From a virus (lineage: Duplodnaviria; Caudoviricetes): a DNA stretch of 55,233 nt. Position numbers and translations under genes: made by a program. The notes under the pieces were generated by a model. The model had not been told where the DNA came from and searched no databases. It saw nothing but the letters and a program-made list of their open reading frames with translations. The stretch spans positions 1 through 55,233 of IMG/VR virus record IMGVR_UViG_3300031951_000200; one strand, written 5' to 3'. This document shows positions 18,744 to 27,188 of this stretch, in pieces (positions within the stretch are counted from its first letter, which is position 1; every line of letters starts with the position of its first letter).

Positions 18744-18968
18744 ATGACCGACCTCGAATCCCTCCTCATTCCCTTCTTTGCGGGTGCCACATTCATTCTG
18801 GCCTTCGTCGTCCCAGCCTTCATCGGCTTCAACCGCAACTGGAATGTGCGCCTGCTCAACGAGAAAGCGCAGGAGTTTGATCGCGGGTATGAGATGGGCC
18901 GGAAGTTGAACAATTTCATGCACGACATCAAAAAGCCAAACTGGACACTTGATAACATGCCAGAATAA
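18744..18968 (+). CDS. Small membrane protein
   Basis: LLIPFFAGATFILAFVVPAFIGF transmembrane segment. Confidence 0.55.
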   Translation: MTDLESLLIPFFAGATFILAFVVPAFIGFNRNWNVRLLNEKAQEFDRGYEMGRKLNNFMHDIKKPNWTLDNMPE

Positions 18969-18977
18969 ACGTAAGGT
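18949..18977 (+). promoter_or_regulatory. Promoter, CGTAAGGT class, driving the ncRNA cluster
   Basis: TTGATA-N17-TAAGGT. Confidence 0.7.
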
Positions 18978-19061
18978 TACTCCGTGACCGACACACACCG
19001 AGGTATTAGCGTTACCTAGTGAAGGCTGGCCCTCCAGTCTGGAATGTCGGAGAGGGCACCT

Positions 19062-19074
19062 TGATCTTTGACAA
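19062..19074 (+). promoter_or_regulatory. boxA-like antitermination site preceded by a hairpin
   Basis: TGATCTTTGACA, 10/12 match to the E. coli rrn boxA TGCTCTTTAACA; GCCCTC/GAGGGC hairpin at ~19029-19057. Confidence 0.55.
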
Positions 19075-19080
19075 CTGAAA

Positions 19081-19240
19081 GCAGAATCCAGCGGTAGCTA
19101 AATCTGGTGTAAGCCCTTCCGAGCTTAGCGGCTCAATGGAAGATGGTGTAAAGTAGCTCTGAGTAACGTTCCAGAGTGGAATACAACATAAGCCCCGCAG
19201 GGGTGATGCAGGGTTCAAATCCTTGCCCGCTGGATTCTGT
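19081..19240 (+). ncRNA. tRNA-like RNA with expanded anticodon and variable arms
   Basis: Acceptor CCAGCGG/CCGCTGG, T8A9, D-arm GCT...TGG...AGC, T-arm GCAGGG-TTCAAAT-CCTTGC; no canonical 7-nt anticodon loop; no CCA. Confidence 0.7.
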
Positions 19241-19250
19241 TTTCCTAAAT

Positions 19251-19371
19251 GACTCGGCGCAAAGGTCCGCAAGACCAAACCGCGACACTAAAATCAGGAA
19301 GTAACTAGTTCTTGCCTGTTCAATGAGTGTAGGGAGCCTTTCCGGTGAAAGCCGAATGAGAGGCCCGAGTC
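19251..19371 (+). ncRNA. Multibranch structured RNA
   Basis: GACTCGG/CCGAGTC closing stem; GGTC-CGCAA-GACC, ACACT/AGTGT and CGGT-GAAA-GCCG hairpins. Confidence 0.55.
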
Positions 19372-19380
19372 GCCTATTTG

Positions 19381-19416
19381 CAACCCGTCTGTTCACTCAG
19401 GCGGGTTGTTCTTTTC
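19381..19416 (+). terminator. Intrinsic terminator ending the ncRNA cluster
   Basis: CAACCCGTCTG-TTCACT-CAGGCGGGTTG followed by TTCTTTT. Confidence 0.8.
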
Positions 19417-19472
19417 CGTAAGGTTGAGGTTGTAAATCACGCAGCCGCATGTTAATGTTGAAATCTACTCTT

Positions 19473-20357
19473 ATGAGCAAACTAAAAGCAAAAACGCCCG
19501 ATAAAGTCGAGCCATCCAAACCCAAAATCCTCATCTTCGGCGCATCAGGCGTCGGTAAAACATGGTTCAGCTTGGACTTTCCTAGCTGTTACTACATCGA
19601 CACGGAGGGCGGTGCCGCACGCTCTCATTACATGGACAAGCTGACCAAATCTGGCGGCATGATTATGGGGCCGGAAGATGGCTCCCTCGATGGCGAGACT
19701 GTCATTTCTCAGTTCCAAGCCCTTGCCACGGAAAAGCACGGGTTCAAAACCGTCGTCGTGGACTCCATCACAAAGCTGTTCAACACGCTCGTTGCTAATG
19801 AACAGGAGCGCCTTGGTGATAAAGATGCCTTTGGTGCCTCTAAGAAGCCTGCTGTGGCCTTCATGCGCCGTCTGATGAACTGGATTCACCGCCTGCCAAT
19901 GAATGTCGTCCTCATCTGCCATGAGAAGGAAGAATGGGGCGTGGACGGTCAAGGCAACCGCACTCAGGTTGGAACCACCTTTGACTGTTGGGACAAAGTT
20001 CAATACGAATTGGACCTGTCCATTCAAGTGCTCAAGCAGGGCCAATCCCGCGTTGGCCTGATCCGCAAATCGCGCCTTCAGGGATTCCCTGACCGCGAAC
20101 GCTTTCAGCTTGATTACAGCGAGTTTGCCCTTCGCTACGGCAAAGACGTGATCGACGCCGAGAGCAAGGTCATCACCCTAGCCACGCCTGAACAGGTGGC
20201 TGAAATCGTCCGCCTCGCCGACCTCCTCAAGATGAGCGAGGAAGAGAAGCAAAAGTGGCTTACAAAAGCCTCCGCTTCTGACTGGAGCGAACTCACCACT
20301 GAGCAGGCATCCAAAGCCATCGCCGCCCTCCTCGCCAAAATCACCCCCACCAAGTAA
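19473..20357 (+). CDS. AAA_24/Sak4-like recombination ATPase
   Basis: Walker A GASGVGKT, YIDTEGG, TVVVDSIT, LICHEK; upstream TTGTAA-N17-TAATGT promoter. Confidence 0.85.
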   Translation: MSKLKAKTPDKVEPSKPKILIFGASGVGKTWFSLDFPSCYYIDTEGGAARSHYMDKLTKSGGMIMGPEDGSLDGETVISQFQALATEKHGFKTVVVDSITKLFNTLVANEQERLGDKDAFGASKKPAVAFMRRLMNWIHRLPMNVVLICHEKEEWGVDGQGNRTQVGTTFDCWDKVQYELDLSIQVLKQGQSRVGLIRKSRLQGFPDRERFQLDYSEFALRYGKDVIDAESKVITLATPEQVAEIVRLADLLKMSEEEKQKWLTKASASDWSELTTEQASKAIAALLAKITPTK

Positions 20358-20371
20358 ACCAAACACAAGCC

Positions 20372-20830
20372 ATGCGCTTCACACCCAAAACACCAGAAGA
20401 ACTCGAATTTGAAAACCTCCTTCCCAAGGGGGAATACGACTTCGAGGTCGTTAAAGCTGAAGATGCCGTTTCCAAAAAGAGCGGCAAGGAAATGATTAAA
20501 GTCAACCTGAAGGTCTTCCACGGAGAAGGCTTCCAGTTTGTCACCGACTACCTGATGGAGGCGATGGCATTCAAGCTGCGTCACTTCTTCGAGACTGTCG
20601 GCATGATTAACGCCTACGAGGCTGGCGCTATTGAGGCCGCAGACCTCGTTGGATGCGCTGGCAAGGTCAAGATCGACATTGATCCTGCATCTGGCGACTA
20701 TGCCGCCAAGAACGTCGTGAAGGACTACGGCTCTAAGGCTGCCAAGAAGGCAGAGAAAGACGCCGCCAAGCCCTCCTTCATCAAGCGGGCTGAAGAGGAA
20801 GCCAATGACGACGAAACGATTCCGTATTGA
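20372..20830 (+). CDS. Phage single-stranded DNA-binding protein (DUF669-like)
   Basis: LLPKGEYDFEVVKAE...SKKSGKEMI; acidic C-terminus ending DDETIPY; follows the Sak4-like gene. Confidence 0.75.
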   Translation: MRFTPKTPEELEFENLLPKGEYDFEVVKAEDAVSKKSGKEMIKVNLKVFHGEGFQFVTDYLMEAMAFKLRHFFETVGMINAYEAGAIEAADLVGCAGKVKIDIDPASGDYAAKNVVKDYGSKAAKKAEKDAAKPSFIKRAEEEANDDETIPY

Positions 20831-20891
20831 GCATTCAACAACCGAGGGGCGCGACTCGACAACGCGCACAACTCAGCTTACAGTTGCTTAT

Positions 20892-21248
20892 ATGACCTCC
20901 GATCAAATCGACACCATCAATACAATCGCATCCGACGCCTACGAGAACGCTGCTATCAAAGGCTTTCACGACGGCGATATGGACAAGTCTGACGTGGAAC
21001 TTATGGCTGCATGGACAGCCAACCTCCACGGCGAAATCTCCGAGCTTTGGGAGGCCGCACGCAAAGGAATGCTCAACATGCCCTGCGATAAAGACATTCC
21101 GCTCACCTGCGCAGAGGAAGAGTTTGCTGACATCGTGATCCGCGCCTTCGACTCCGCTCGCGCCTTTGACATCGACCTTGGACGCGCCATTCACATCAAA
21201 ATGCAATACAACGCCAGCCGTCCGCACATGCACGGTAAACTCGCTTGA
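20892..21248 (+). CDS. MazG-like nucleotide pyrophosphohydrolase
   Basis: HGEISELWEA..EEEFADIVIR..D...KMQYNASRP..HGK. Confidence 0.85.
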   Translation: MTSDQIDTINTIASDAYENAAIKGFHDGDMDKSDVELMAAWTANLHGEISELWEAARKGMLNMPCDKDIPLTCAEEEFADIVIRAFDSARAFDIDLGRAIHIKMQYNASRPHMHGKLA

Positions 21249-21760
21249 ATATGAAACCACCCAACCAAAAGACCTGCTCCATATCCGCCATGCTCGAATG
21301 GGCCGCTGCCGCCAATGGCAAGGTCCGCAAAAGCCGAAAGGCTACCATGATCGCATGGATTCTCGCCAACATCACCGAGCTTGAGCGCATCAAGGTGATG
21401 CCTTGGGCTTCTCGCGAGTGGGCCATGACGGCTCTGCGGGATATTGACCGCATCGGTGTTTGTGAAAGCCTTGGCCTTCTGCCTCCGCTTTGCCAAAAGT
21501 GGGAGAATGACAGGCCTCTTCCAATCAACGGATACACCTCGCCAATCTCTCGCCTCCGCTCCGTGTGCAAAGCCCTTGGCCTGCACCTGAACAAGATCAA
21601 CGGGCGCACGGTTATCACCCGCCAGCAGCTTACATTGACCTCTAAACAGGTCATGCTCTCCGAACTGCCGGTTGACCGTCGTGGAGAGTCCTCGCCTGAG
21701 TTCGGGCTGGAAATTGATCTGAACGCTAAACCTACACAACTATGCCCATCTCCGAACTAA
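21245..21760 (+). CDS. Hypothetical protein
   Basis: In operon. Confidence 0.55.
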   Translation: MNMKPPNQKTCSISAMLEWAAAANGKVRKSRKATMIAWILANITELERIKVMPWASREWAMTALRDIDRIGVCESLGLLPPLCQKWENDRPLPINGYTSPISRLRSVCKALGLHLNKINGRTVITRQQLTLTSKQVMLSELPVDRRGESSPEFGLEIDLNAKPTQLCPSPN

Positions 21761-21924
21761 TCACCCAACTCGAAGCCATCCAAGCCATGCAAGGCGACGT
21801 TCCCGTAGAGGTCAAAATCCAGTTCCTCGGCTCGCATGCCTGTGGCGCTGTGACCGACCTCAAGTATCGCTCGACCGGCATTGGTAAGCCCTTTGTTCAA
21901 ATCATCGCACAAGAGAAAGCATGA
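21742..21924 (+). CDS. Hypothetical protein
   Basis: ISELITQLE..QGDVPV small phage family. Confidence 0.6.
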   Translation: MPISELITQLEAIQAMQGDVPVEVKIQFLGSHACGAVTDLKYRSTGIGKPFVQIIAQEKA

Positions 21925-22430
21925 TCTGCATCGGCATCGACAATTCGCTCTCGGGTGCCCTGTGTATCCTATCAGGACAAAGTATCGTGGCTATGACTAC
22001 GATGCCCGTGAAGGAATATGTGCCTCCAAAGAAGGGCGCTAAGACAACCCGAGAGATTGATGTTGTCGCCGTCTGGCAGTGGTTAAACGGGCGTGTCGGC
22101 CATCAGCTAGACCAAGTGGTCGTGATGATCGAAAAGCCCACCAACGCCAAAACCTACCGTGCGGCAGAGGCTATGGCTGGCTCGTTCCACGCATTACGCG
22201 CCATGTGTGAGCTGAAACACCTGCGATGGGAGCGCATCACCCCTCAATCGTGGCAGAAAGTCATGCTGCCCGGATGTGTTAAGGGAGACACTAAACCAGC
22301 AGCCTTGCGAGCCGCCAAGGTGATATGGCCGAATGAAAGCTGGCTGGCTACCAGCCGGTCAAAGGTGCCTCATGACGGCCTCGTTGATGCTGCCCTAATT
22401 GCTGAATACTGCCGGAGAACCATCAAATGA
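21921..22430 (+). CDS. RuvC-like Holliday junction resolvase
   Basis: IGIDNSLSGA, VMIEK, ITPQSWQK, HDGLVDAALIA. Confidence 0.85.
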   Translation: MICIGIDNSLSGALCILSGQSIVAMTTMPVKEYVPPKKGAKTTREIDVVAVWQWLNGRVGHQLDQVVVMIEKPTNAKTYRAAEAMAGSFHALRAMCELKHLRWERITPQSWQKVMLPGCVKGDTKPAALRAAKVIWPNESWLATSRSKVPHDGLVDAALIAEYCRRTIK

Positions 22431-22671
22431 CATGCCCAACACCAAAGCCTCGCCAGCTCACAGCCTAGCCAATCGCCTAGCGGCCACGTTGTCAGTAACC
22501 AAGGCCGACAAGGATGAGGTGACGAAAATCCTTATCGACTTGCTAGCCCATCAAATCTCAAGCTACCACCCTATCCACCGCATCGCTATTTGGGAAGCCG
22601 CCGTTGACGAACTGGATGATATGGTGGAGGTTTTCTCGAACGAAGGAGATAAAGTATATGAACGAAACTGA
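22399..22671 (+). CDS. Hypothetical protein
   Basis: In operon; likely start MPNTK. Confidence 0.55.
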   Translation: MLNTAGEPSNDMPNTKASPAHSLANRLAATLSVTKADKDEVTKILIDLLAHQISSYHPIHRIAIWEAAVDELDDMVEVFSNEGDKVYERN

Positions 22672-22876
22672 AATACCTACACCGAGGACGGATTTGGAAG
22701 AGTCTGCCCAAACCCAAATCATACATCCCATGAACGAACCACGCAAAGACATTGAAACCCCAACGGAAAAGGCCGCGATGATTGGCATTGGATGCACTTT
22801 CATGCTCGCAAATCTGGTTGGGATCGCAATCCTAGTCGCCATCTTCATTGCCATTTTTTCGTTTCTTTTCCGATGA
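22658..22876 (+). CDS. Small membrane protein
   Basis: C-terminal hydrophobic helix. Confidence 0.5.
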   Translation: MNETEIPTPRTDLEESAQTQIIHPMNEPRKDIETPTEKAAMIGIGCTFMLANLVGIAILVAIFIAIFSFLFR

Positions 22877-23033
22877 AAACCCTAGCCTTCTGGCACGAAT
22901 ATCCGGGTAGCCAGCCGGAGCCTGAGAAGCCCAAAGACTTCGATGGCGCTACCGTGATGATTTGGACCTTTGTGTTCTGCCTGCTTATTCAGATCATCAT
23001 CCAGCCTCCGAATAGGAGGTTTTAGTCATCGGT

Positions 23034-23182
23034 TTGACAGCGTTTTGCGCTGTGGTATAGGGAGGGAAAGCCGTGTGGAAGCGGTGAAGAGAAAATGCCC
23101 CTAAAATTACATCATCCCCGTTCCGCTAGAAATCCCGTATCTTCCGGGCTTCCGCTTCTAGTCGGCGCGGGGATGGCCTTTT
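23034..23182 (+). promoter_or_regulatory. Promoter and structured leader upstream of the replication operon
   Basis: TTGACA...TGTGGTATAG; small hairpin at 23070-23085; long hairpin at 23113-23175 followed by CCTTTT. Confidence 0.6.
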
Positions 23183-23188
23183 AGAGAC

Positions 23189-23536
23189 ATGAAAAAACTA
23201 GGAAAAAAAGAACATACGCATCGCGGATTTGAGGTGGTCCGGTTTAAGGACTTCAATCAACAAGAGTGCTCGATTCAACAAAGCTCAATTTGTTTGGAAG
23301 ACTGCAATAATGCAGTTGGTGGTTCGGCACTTTGGATAGGCGTTGATGACGCAAAGCCAATGATTTTGGCAAAACATGCCACCAAACTTGGCCTTGAGAC
23401 ATCTCAACAAAACGGCTGGATTGATTACCCCATTCCAGATGATGTTTCCCTACACACCAGAATACATGTCAACAGGGAGCAGGTTGCTGGACTGATTGAA
23501 CGTCTAACAAAATGGCTCAAAACAAGCAAGCTATGA
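23189..23536 (+). CDS. Conserved phage protein
   Basis: T.RGF...F.D.....CSIQ.SS...ALWIGV...TRIH.NREQV family. Confidence 0.75.
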   Translation: MKKLGKKEHTHRGFEVVRFKDFNQQECSIQQSSICLEDCNNAVGGSALWIGVDDAKPMILAKHATKLGLETSQQNGWIDYPIPDDVSLHTRIHVNREQVAGLIERLTKWLKTSKL

Positions 23537-24366
23537 GTGACGAACTAATTGGAGAACTTCTGAGCCGGTGGGTTCAATTTCATCCCATCTTTGCCAAGAT
23601 TGGCGGGTCTGCTACCGCTGGCATATTCCTTAGTCAGGCCTACTACTGGAGTAGTCGAACCAGCGACCCGGCTAGGTGGTTTTACAAAACTCAAAAGGAG
23701 TGGGAGCAGGAAACGACCTTAACTCGCTACGAGCAAGAGTCGGCTCGCAGGCAGTTAAGAGAAAAGGGAGTGCTCCAAGAGAAGTTAGAGGGGGTTCCAG
23801 CCAAGCTCTACTATCGCCTGAATGTTGGCGAACTACGGTCCAAGATGGAGGTCGTGGCGAAATTAAATGCCCTCAGTATGCGGGAAAACCACATACTAGA
23901 ATGCGGCGAACCAGCAAACAAGATTGCTGCTTTACCCCAAACTCCTATATATACAGAGAGTACTACAGATATTCCCGAATTAAAAAATTCGGGCACCGAT
24001 CTTGGGGAACTGTTTACCTTTCCCAAGCCAGTCGAGAAGGAGGCCATTTTGGCTGAAACACCCAAACGACGTGGCAGACCGCCTAAGCCAACCGATCCAC
24101 GCCACAGTCAATTCATCGACGCTTTCTGTGAAGCCCACTTTGAGCGAGTTGGGGAGCGATACTTCGTAAAAGCTCAGGACGGAGCCATGCTCAAAAAGCT
24201 ACTCACCCACACCGACAAGCCCGTTGGAGAGCTTATGGAAATCGTAAAGTGGTGCTGGTATCGAGAAAACGAGGATAAATTCTGCCCCAAAGACATCAAA
24301 GTCTCGGAAATCTGGCATCTAGCAGCCAAGTGGAACACAATTATCAAGGAAGCCGTAATTAAATGA
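23533..24366 (+). CDS. Replication initiator (lambda O-like wHTH)
   Basis: AGIFLSQAYYW...WFYKTQKEWEQETTLTRYEQESARRQL; internal iterons; directly upstream of DnaB. Confidence 0.8.
   Translation: MSDELIGELLSRWVQFHPIFAKIGGSATAGIFLSQAYYWSSRTSDPARWFYKTQKEWEQETTLTRYEQESARRQLREKGVLQEKLEGVPAKLYYRLNVGELRSKMEVVAKLNALSMRENHILECGEPANKIAALPQTPIYTESTTDIPELKNSGTDLGELFTFPKPVEKEAILAETPKRRGRPPKPTDPRHSQFIDAFCEAHFERVGERYFVKAQDGAMLKKLLTHTDKPVGELMEIVKWCWYRENEDKFCPKDIKVSEIWHLAAKWNTIIKEAVIK
23875..23943. repeat. Three tandem 23-bp imperfect iterons (probable origin)
   Basis: AGTATGCGGGAAAACCACATACT / AGAATGCGGCGAACCAGCAAACA / AGATTGCTGCTTTACCCCAAACT, followed by an AT-rich stretch. Confidence 0.65.
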
Positions 24367-25751
24367 CACTCTCCACCGAAGAACTACTCGCCTCCATCAA
24401 TCGCGCCCTCCCCTTTTCAGACGAGGCTGAAAAGGGCATCATTTCCTGCCTGCTCCAACGCCCCGAGCTGCTGAATGAGTGTCCGGCACCCGTGACCATC
24501 TATCACGACGCCACAAGGACGGTTTACGAGGCCATCCACGCCCTAGCGGCCAAGGGTAAGCCATTTGACCCTGTGACGCTCACTCACACCCTCCGTGAGC
24601 AAAACCTCCTCGACAAAGTAGGCGGAGCTGTAGCAATTAGCGATCTTTGGGGATTTACTCCGATTTCGGCCCATTTCCCCTTCTACCGGAAGATCGTCAT
24701 GGAGAAGTTTGCGCTACGGCAAATCATCCACGCCTCCGCTTTGACCATTACACAGGCTTTTGAGCACGGTTCAGAGCAGATTGAGGATGAAGTGACGGTT
24801 GTGTTCGACGACGCGTTTAAACGCCTACAGGACGCAAAAGACGCCTCATACGCGGAAGAGAGTGCCGAGCTACCATTTACCCCCATTCGGGAACTGGTCA
24901 TGCAGGTGCTTGAGGACAGCGAGAATCAGGCCTCCTCTGGCCGGAAATACTCAGGCGTTCCGACTGGTATCGACCAAATTGACGATATCATGGGCGGTTT
25001 AGAGCGCGGATGTCTAACCGTCGTGGCTGCTGAGTCCTCCGACGGTAAATCCTCGCTGTGCCGCCAGATTCTTGAGGAAGCCGCCAAGGAAGGCCATCCT
25101 TGCGTCGATTATACCTACGAAATGATGCCCAAGGCCGAAGCTAGGCGCATTCTCTGCTCTCAGGCCAAGGTGGACGCCAAAAACCTCAAAATGGGCCTGA
25201 TGACGAGAGGAGAACAGGGTGCTCTGGTTTCTACTTCCCGAAAGGTCGTGGAATGGCCCTTCGACATCATCGACGTGGCCGGGAAGTCCATTGAGCAAAT
25301 CTGCCGGGACATCACCCGCAGGTCCAAAAAGGTGCCAGCCGGGAAAATGCTGGTAGCCATGATCGACTACATCCAGCTCTGCAAAACCTCCATGACGGAC
25401 AAAAAGAACCGGGAGCGGGAGGTGGCTCATATCACGGCCACGGCCAAACAATGCGCTAAAACTACGGGGTGCCATATCATCATGCCATCCCAACAGAATA
25501 AGGAAGGCGAGGTTCGTGAGTCGATGTCGATTGAGCAGGATGCAGACAACCTCCTTCAGATTCAGAAGGTCAAAGACACCAGCAAGAAGCCAGCGTGGAA
25601 GCGTGACTCCGAGGAGGATGATAAACCCTCAAATGTGAGAAAGGTATTCTTCAAGAAGCTGCGAGACGGAGAGCGATACCGCCATGTCATGATGGAGCTA
25701 CGAGGGCATCACTTCCGGTTTGAAGTGATTCGCGATACGGAAGAGTCTTGA
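24363..25751 (+). CDS. dnaB: Replicative DNA helicase
   Basis: DnaB N-domain (AEKGIISCLL), GVPTG, Walker A SSDGKS, YEM, IDYIQL, SIEQDAD, KLRDG. Confidence 0.92.
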   Translation: MTLSTEELLASINRALPFSDEAEKGIISCLLQRPELLNECPAPVTIYHDATRTVYEAIHALAAKGKPFDPVTLTHTLREQNLLDKVGGAVAISDLWGFTPISAHFPFYRKIVMEKFALRQIIHASALTITQAFEHGSEQIEDEVTVVFDDAFKRLQDAKDASYAEESAELPFTPIRELVMQVLEDSENQASSGRKYSGVPTGIDQIDDIMGGLERGCLTVVAAESSDGKSSLCRQILEEAAKEGHPCVDYTYEMMPKAEARRILCSQAKVDAKNLKMGLMTRGEQGALVSTSRKVVEWPFDIIDVAGKSIEQICRDITRRSKKVPAGKMLVAMIDYIQLCKTSMTDKKNREREVAHITATAKQCAKTTGCHIIMPSQQNKEGEVRESMSIEQDADNLLQIQKVKDTSKKPAWKRDSEEDDKPSNVRKVFFKKLRDGERYRHVMMELRGHHFRFEVIRDTEES

Positions 25752-25776
25752 CACCCTTCACCAATTAACGTAAGGT
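25748..25776 (+). promoter_or_regulatory. Promoter, CGTAAGGT class
   Basis: TTGACA-N17-TAAGGT. Confidence 0.8.
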
Positions 25777-25786
25777 TGAAGTCGAT

Positions 25787-26296
25787 ATGAACATCCACGC
25801 CATCGCAAAACAGATTCGCTCCTTCGCCGACGAGCTTGAAGCTCAGAAACCCGACGAAATCCCGTGGATCGAGTGGCACGGCGGAGAGTGCCCGTTGAAG
25901 GACGAGGAGGTGGAGGAGTGGGAAAATAAATATCGCAAGATGGATCATGAAGAGGCATCTTTAGGCCACCGTTGTAAGTTCCCGCCCTCCCACATGAGGT
26001 GGGAGCATGAAGAAAACTTCGGCGACATCATCGCCTACCGCGTCACCAAAACCCGCGAGCCAAAGCCGAAGGTGCCGCTTGGGCCAGAGGACGTTTTGCC
26101 GGGAAGTATATTTATTGTGCCGCCCAGAAAGCCTTCAACTTGGCACGCTGTAACTGGCGTATATGAAGACTGTGTTCAGTTGGATCATGGCGACTTTCCC
26201 TTTGATGAACTAATGGAGGACGGTTGGCTCATCAACCGCTCCATCCCCACGACCGGCAAATGGAACCCTAACGCTTGGGAGGCATGTGAGCGATGA
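25787..26296 (+). CDS. Phage protein (WHGGECP...DIIAYR family)
   Basis: Motifs present. Confidence 0.7.
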   Translation: MNIHAIAKQIRSFADELEAQKPDEIPWIEWHGGECPLKDEEVEEWENKYRKMDHEEASLGHRCKFPPSHMRWEHEENFGDIIAYRVTKTREPKPKVPLGPEDVLPGSIFIVPPRKPSTWHAVTGVYEDCVQLDHGDFPFDELMEDGWLINRSIPTTGKWNPNAWEACER

Positions 26297-26553
26297 AAAT
26301 AGAAGCAATGACATTTCTTGTCACATACAAAGGCGACTTGACCAAAAAGCTTAAAAATTCAAAAACTCGCTGCCCATTCCGTCTCAATTCAGACGGAAAT
26401 ACAGAGCAATCCATCGAGTGCTTTCGTGGCGGAGCTTCCACTGGAGTCAGTATTATTGACATGTCTCGATTGATGGAACCTCACATTCTTGATGAATGCT
26501 CCCAAGTTGGGCAAGTTATTGCCCACAAGTGGCTAATAATGGAATCTAGCTAA
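26293..26553 (+). CDS. Hypothetical protein
   Basis: ATGA overlap. Confidence 0.45.
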   Translation: MKIEAMTFLVTYKGDLTKKLKNSKTRCPFRLNSDGNTEQSIECFRGGASTGVSIIDMSRLMEPHILDECSQVGQVIAHKWLIMESS

Positions 26554-27188
26554 ATACTATCCCGCACCCAGCAATGAGCAGGCCACTCAATAGTCTTGTC
26601 CGCGACACCTGATTTTGGTATCCACGTCTTGAGCTTTAGGTCGCACCCACATGCTGAACACGTCTTCAGCTTCTCATCATGCGCCGTCCGCTTGCTACCA
26701 AGTAGATCGTTCACTTTCGACACAAGGCTTCTGGCGTAACAGCCTATGCAAAAATTGACCTGTTGATCGACATTCTTCGGGCATTTTGCGCAAATAGCCG
26801 CACGCCTGTCCGCCTCCTCTTGGCTGACTTGGCCCTCATGCCACGTTGCCTCTACAGCCCTGTAGAACGACTTCATCATCTTCCATGCCGACACCTTCTG
26901 TTCGCGCTCTGGATTCATTTCCTCGCACCACTCGGGCACATGCTGGCACATGAAGTCGGCCATTTGTAGCTCCAAGGTCAGCGGCTCCTCGATGCCGTTG
27001 CCCTTTAGATGCACTTTCACGGCCTCAATCAGGCTAGACCAGCCGTAGCTGACGACGACCACTTTGGTTTGTTCCACAGGGTAAAACCAGCCATACGGAT
27101 CGCCGATGAGTGAGTAGCCCGGAAACAGGCCTTTGATGCGGTCCTTGTTGAACTTTGGTATTTCTATGGCGCGAACGAGGGCTTTCAT
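26550..27188 (-). CDS. Cys-rich (multi-CxxC) phage protein
   Basis: CAKCP, CIGC, CSACGC, CW; translationally coupled to the giant gene. Confidence 0.75.
   Translation of the reverse strand: MKALVRAIEIPKFNKDRIKGLFPGYSLIGDPYGWFYPVEQTKVVVVSYGWSSLIEAVKVHLKGNGIEEPLTLELQMADFMCQHVPEWCEEMNPEREQKVSAWKMMKSFYRAVEATWHEGQVSQEEADRRAAICAKCPKNVDQQVNFCIGCYARSLVSKVNDLLGSKRTAHDEKLKTCSACGCDLKLKTWIPKSGVADKTIEWPAHCWVRDSI

Noticed and set aside
19088-19234. Standard tRNA, or tRNA with a group I intron
   Set aside because: No 7-nt anticodon loop; the insertion is too short and lacks intron core elements
19012-19396. Minus-strand ORFs over the ncRNA cluster
   Set aside because: No protein features; promoter, G-U pairs and terminator favour a + strand RNA
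24363-25751. Possibly inactive DnaB (Walker A AAESSDGKS)
   Set aside because: Lys, catalytic Glu, DY and Arg-finger motifs are all retained
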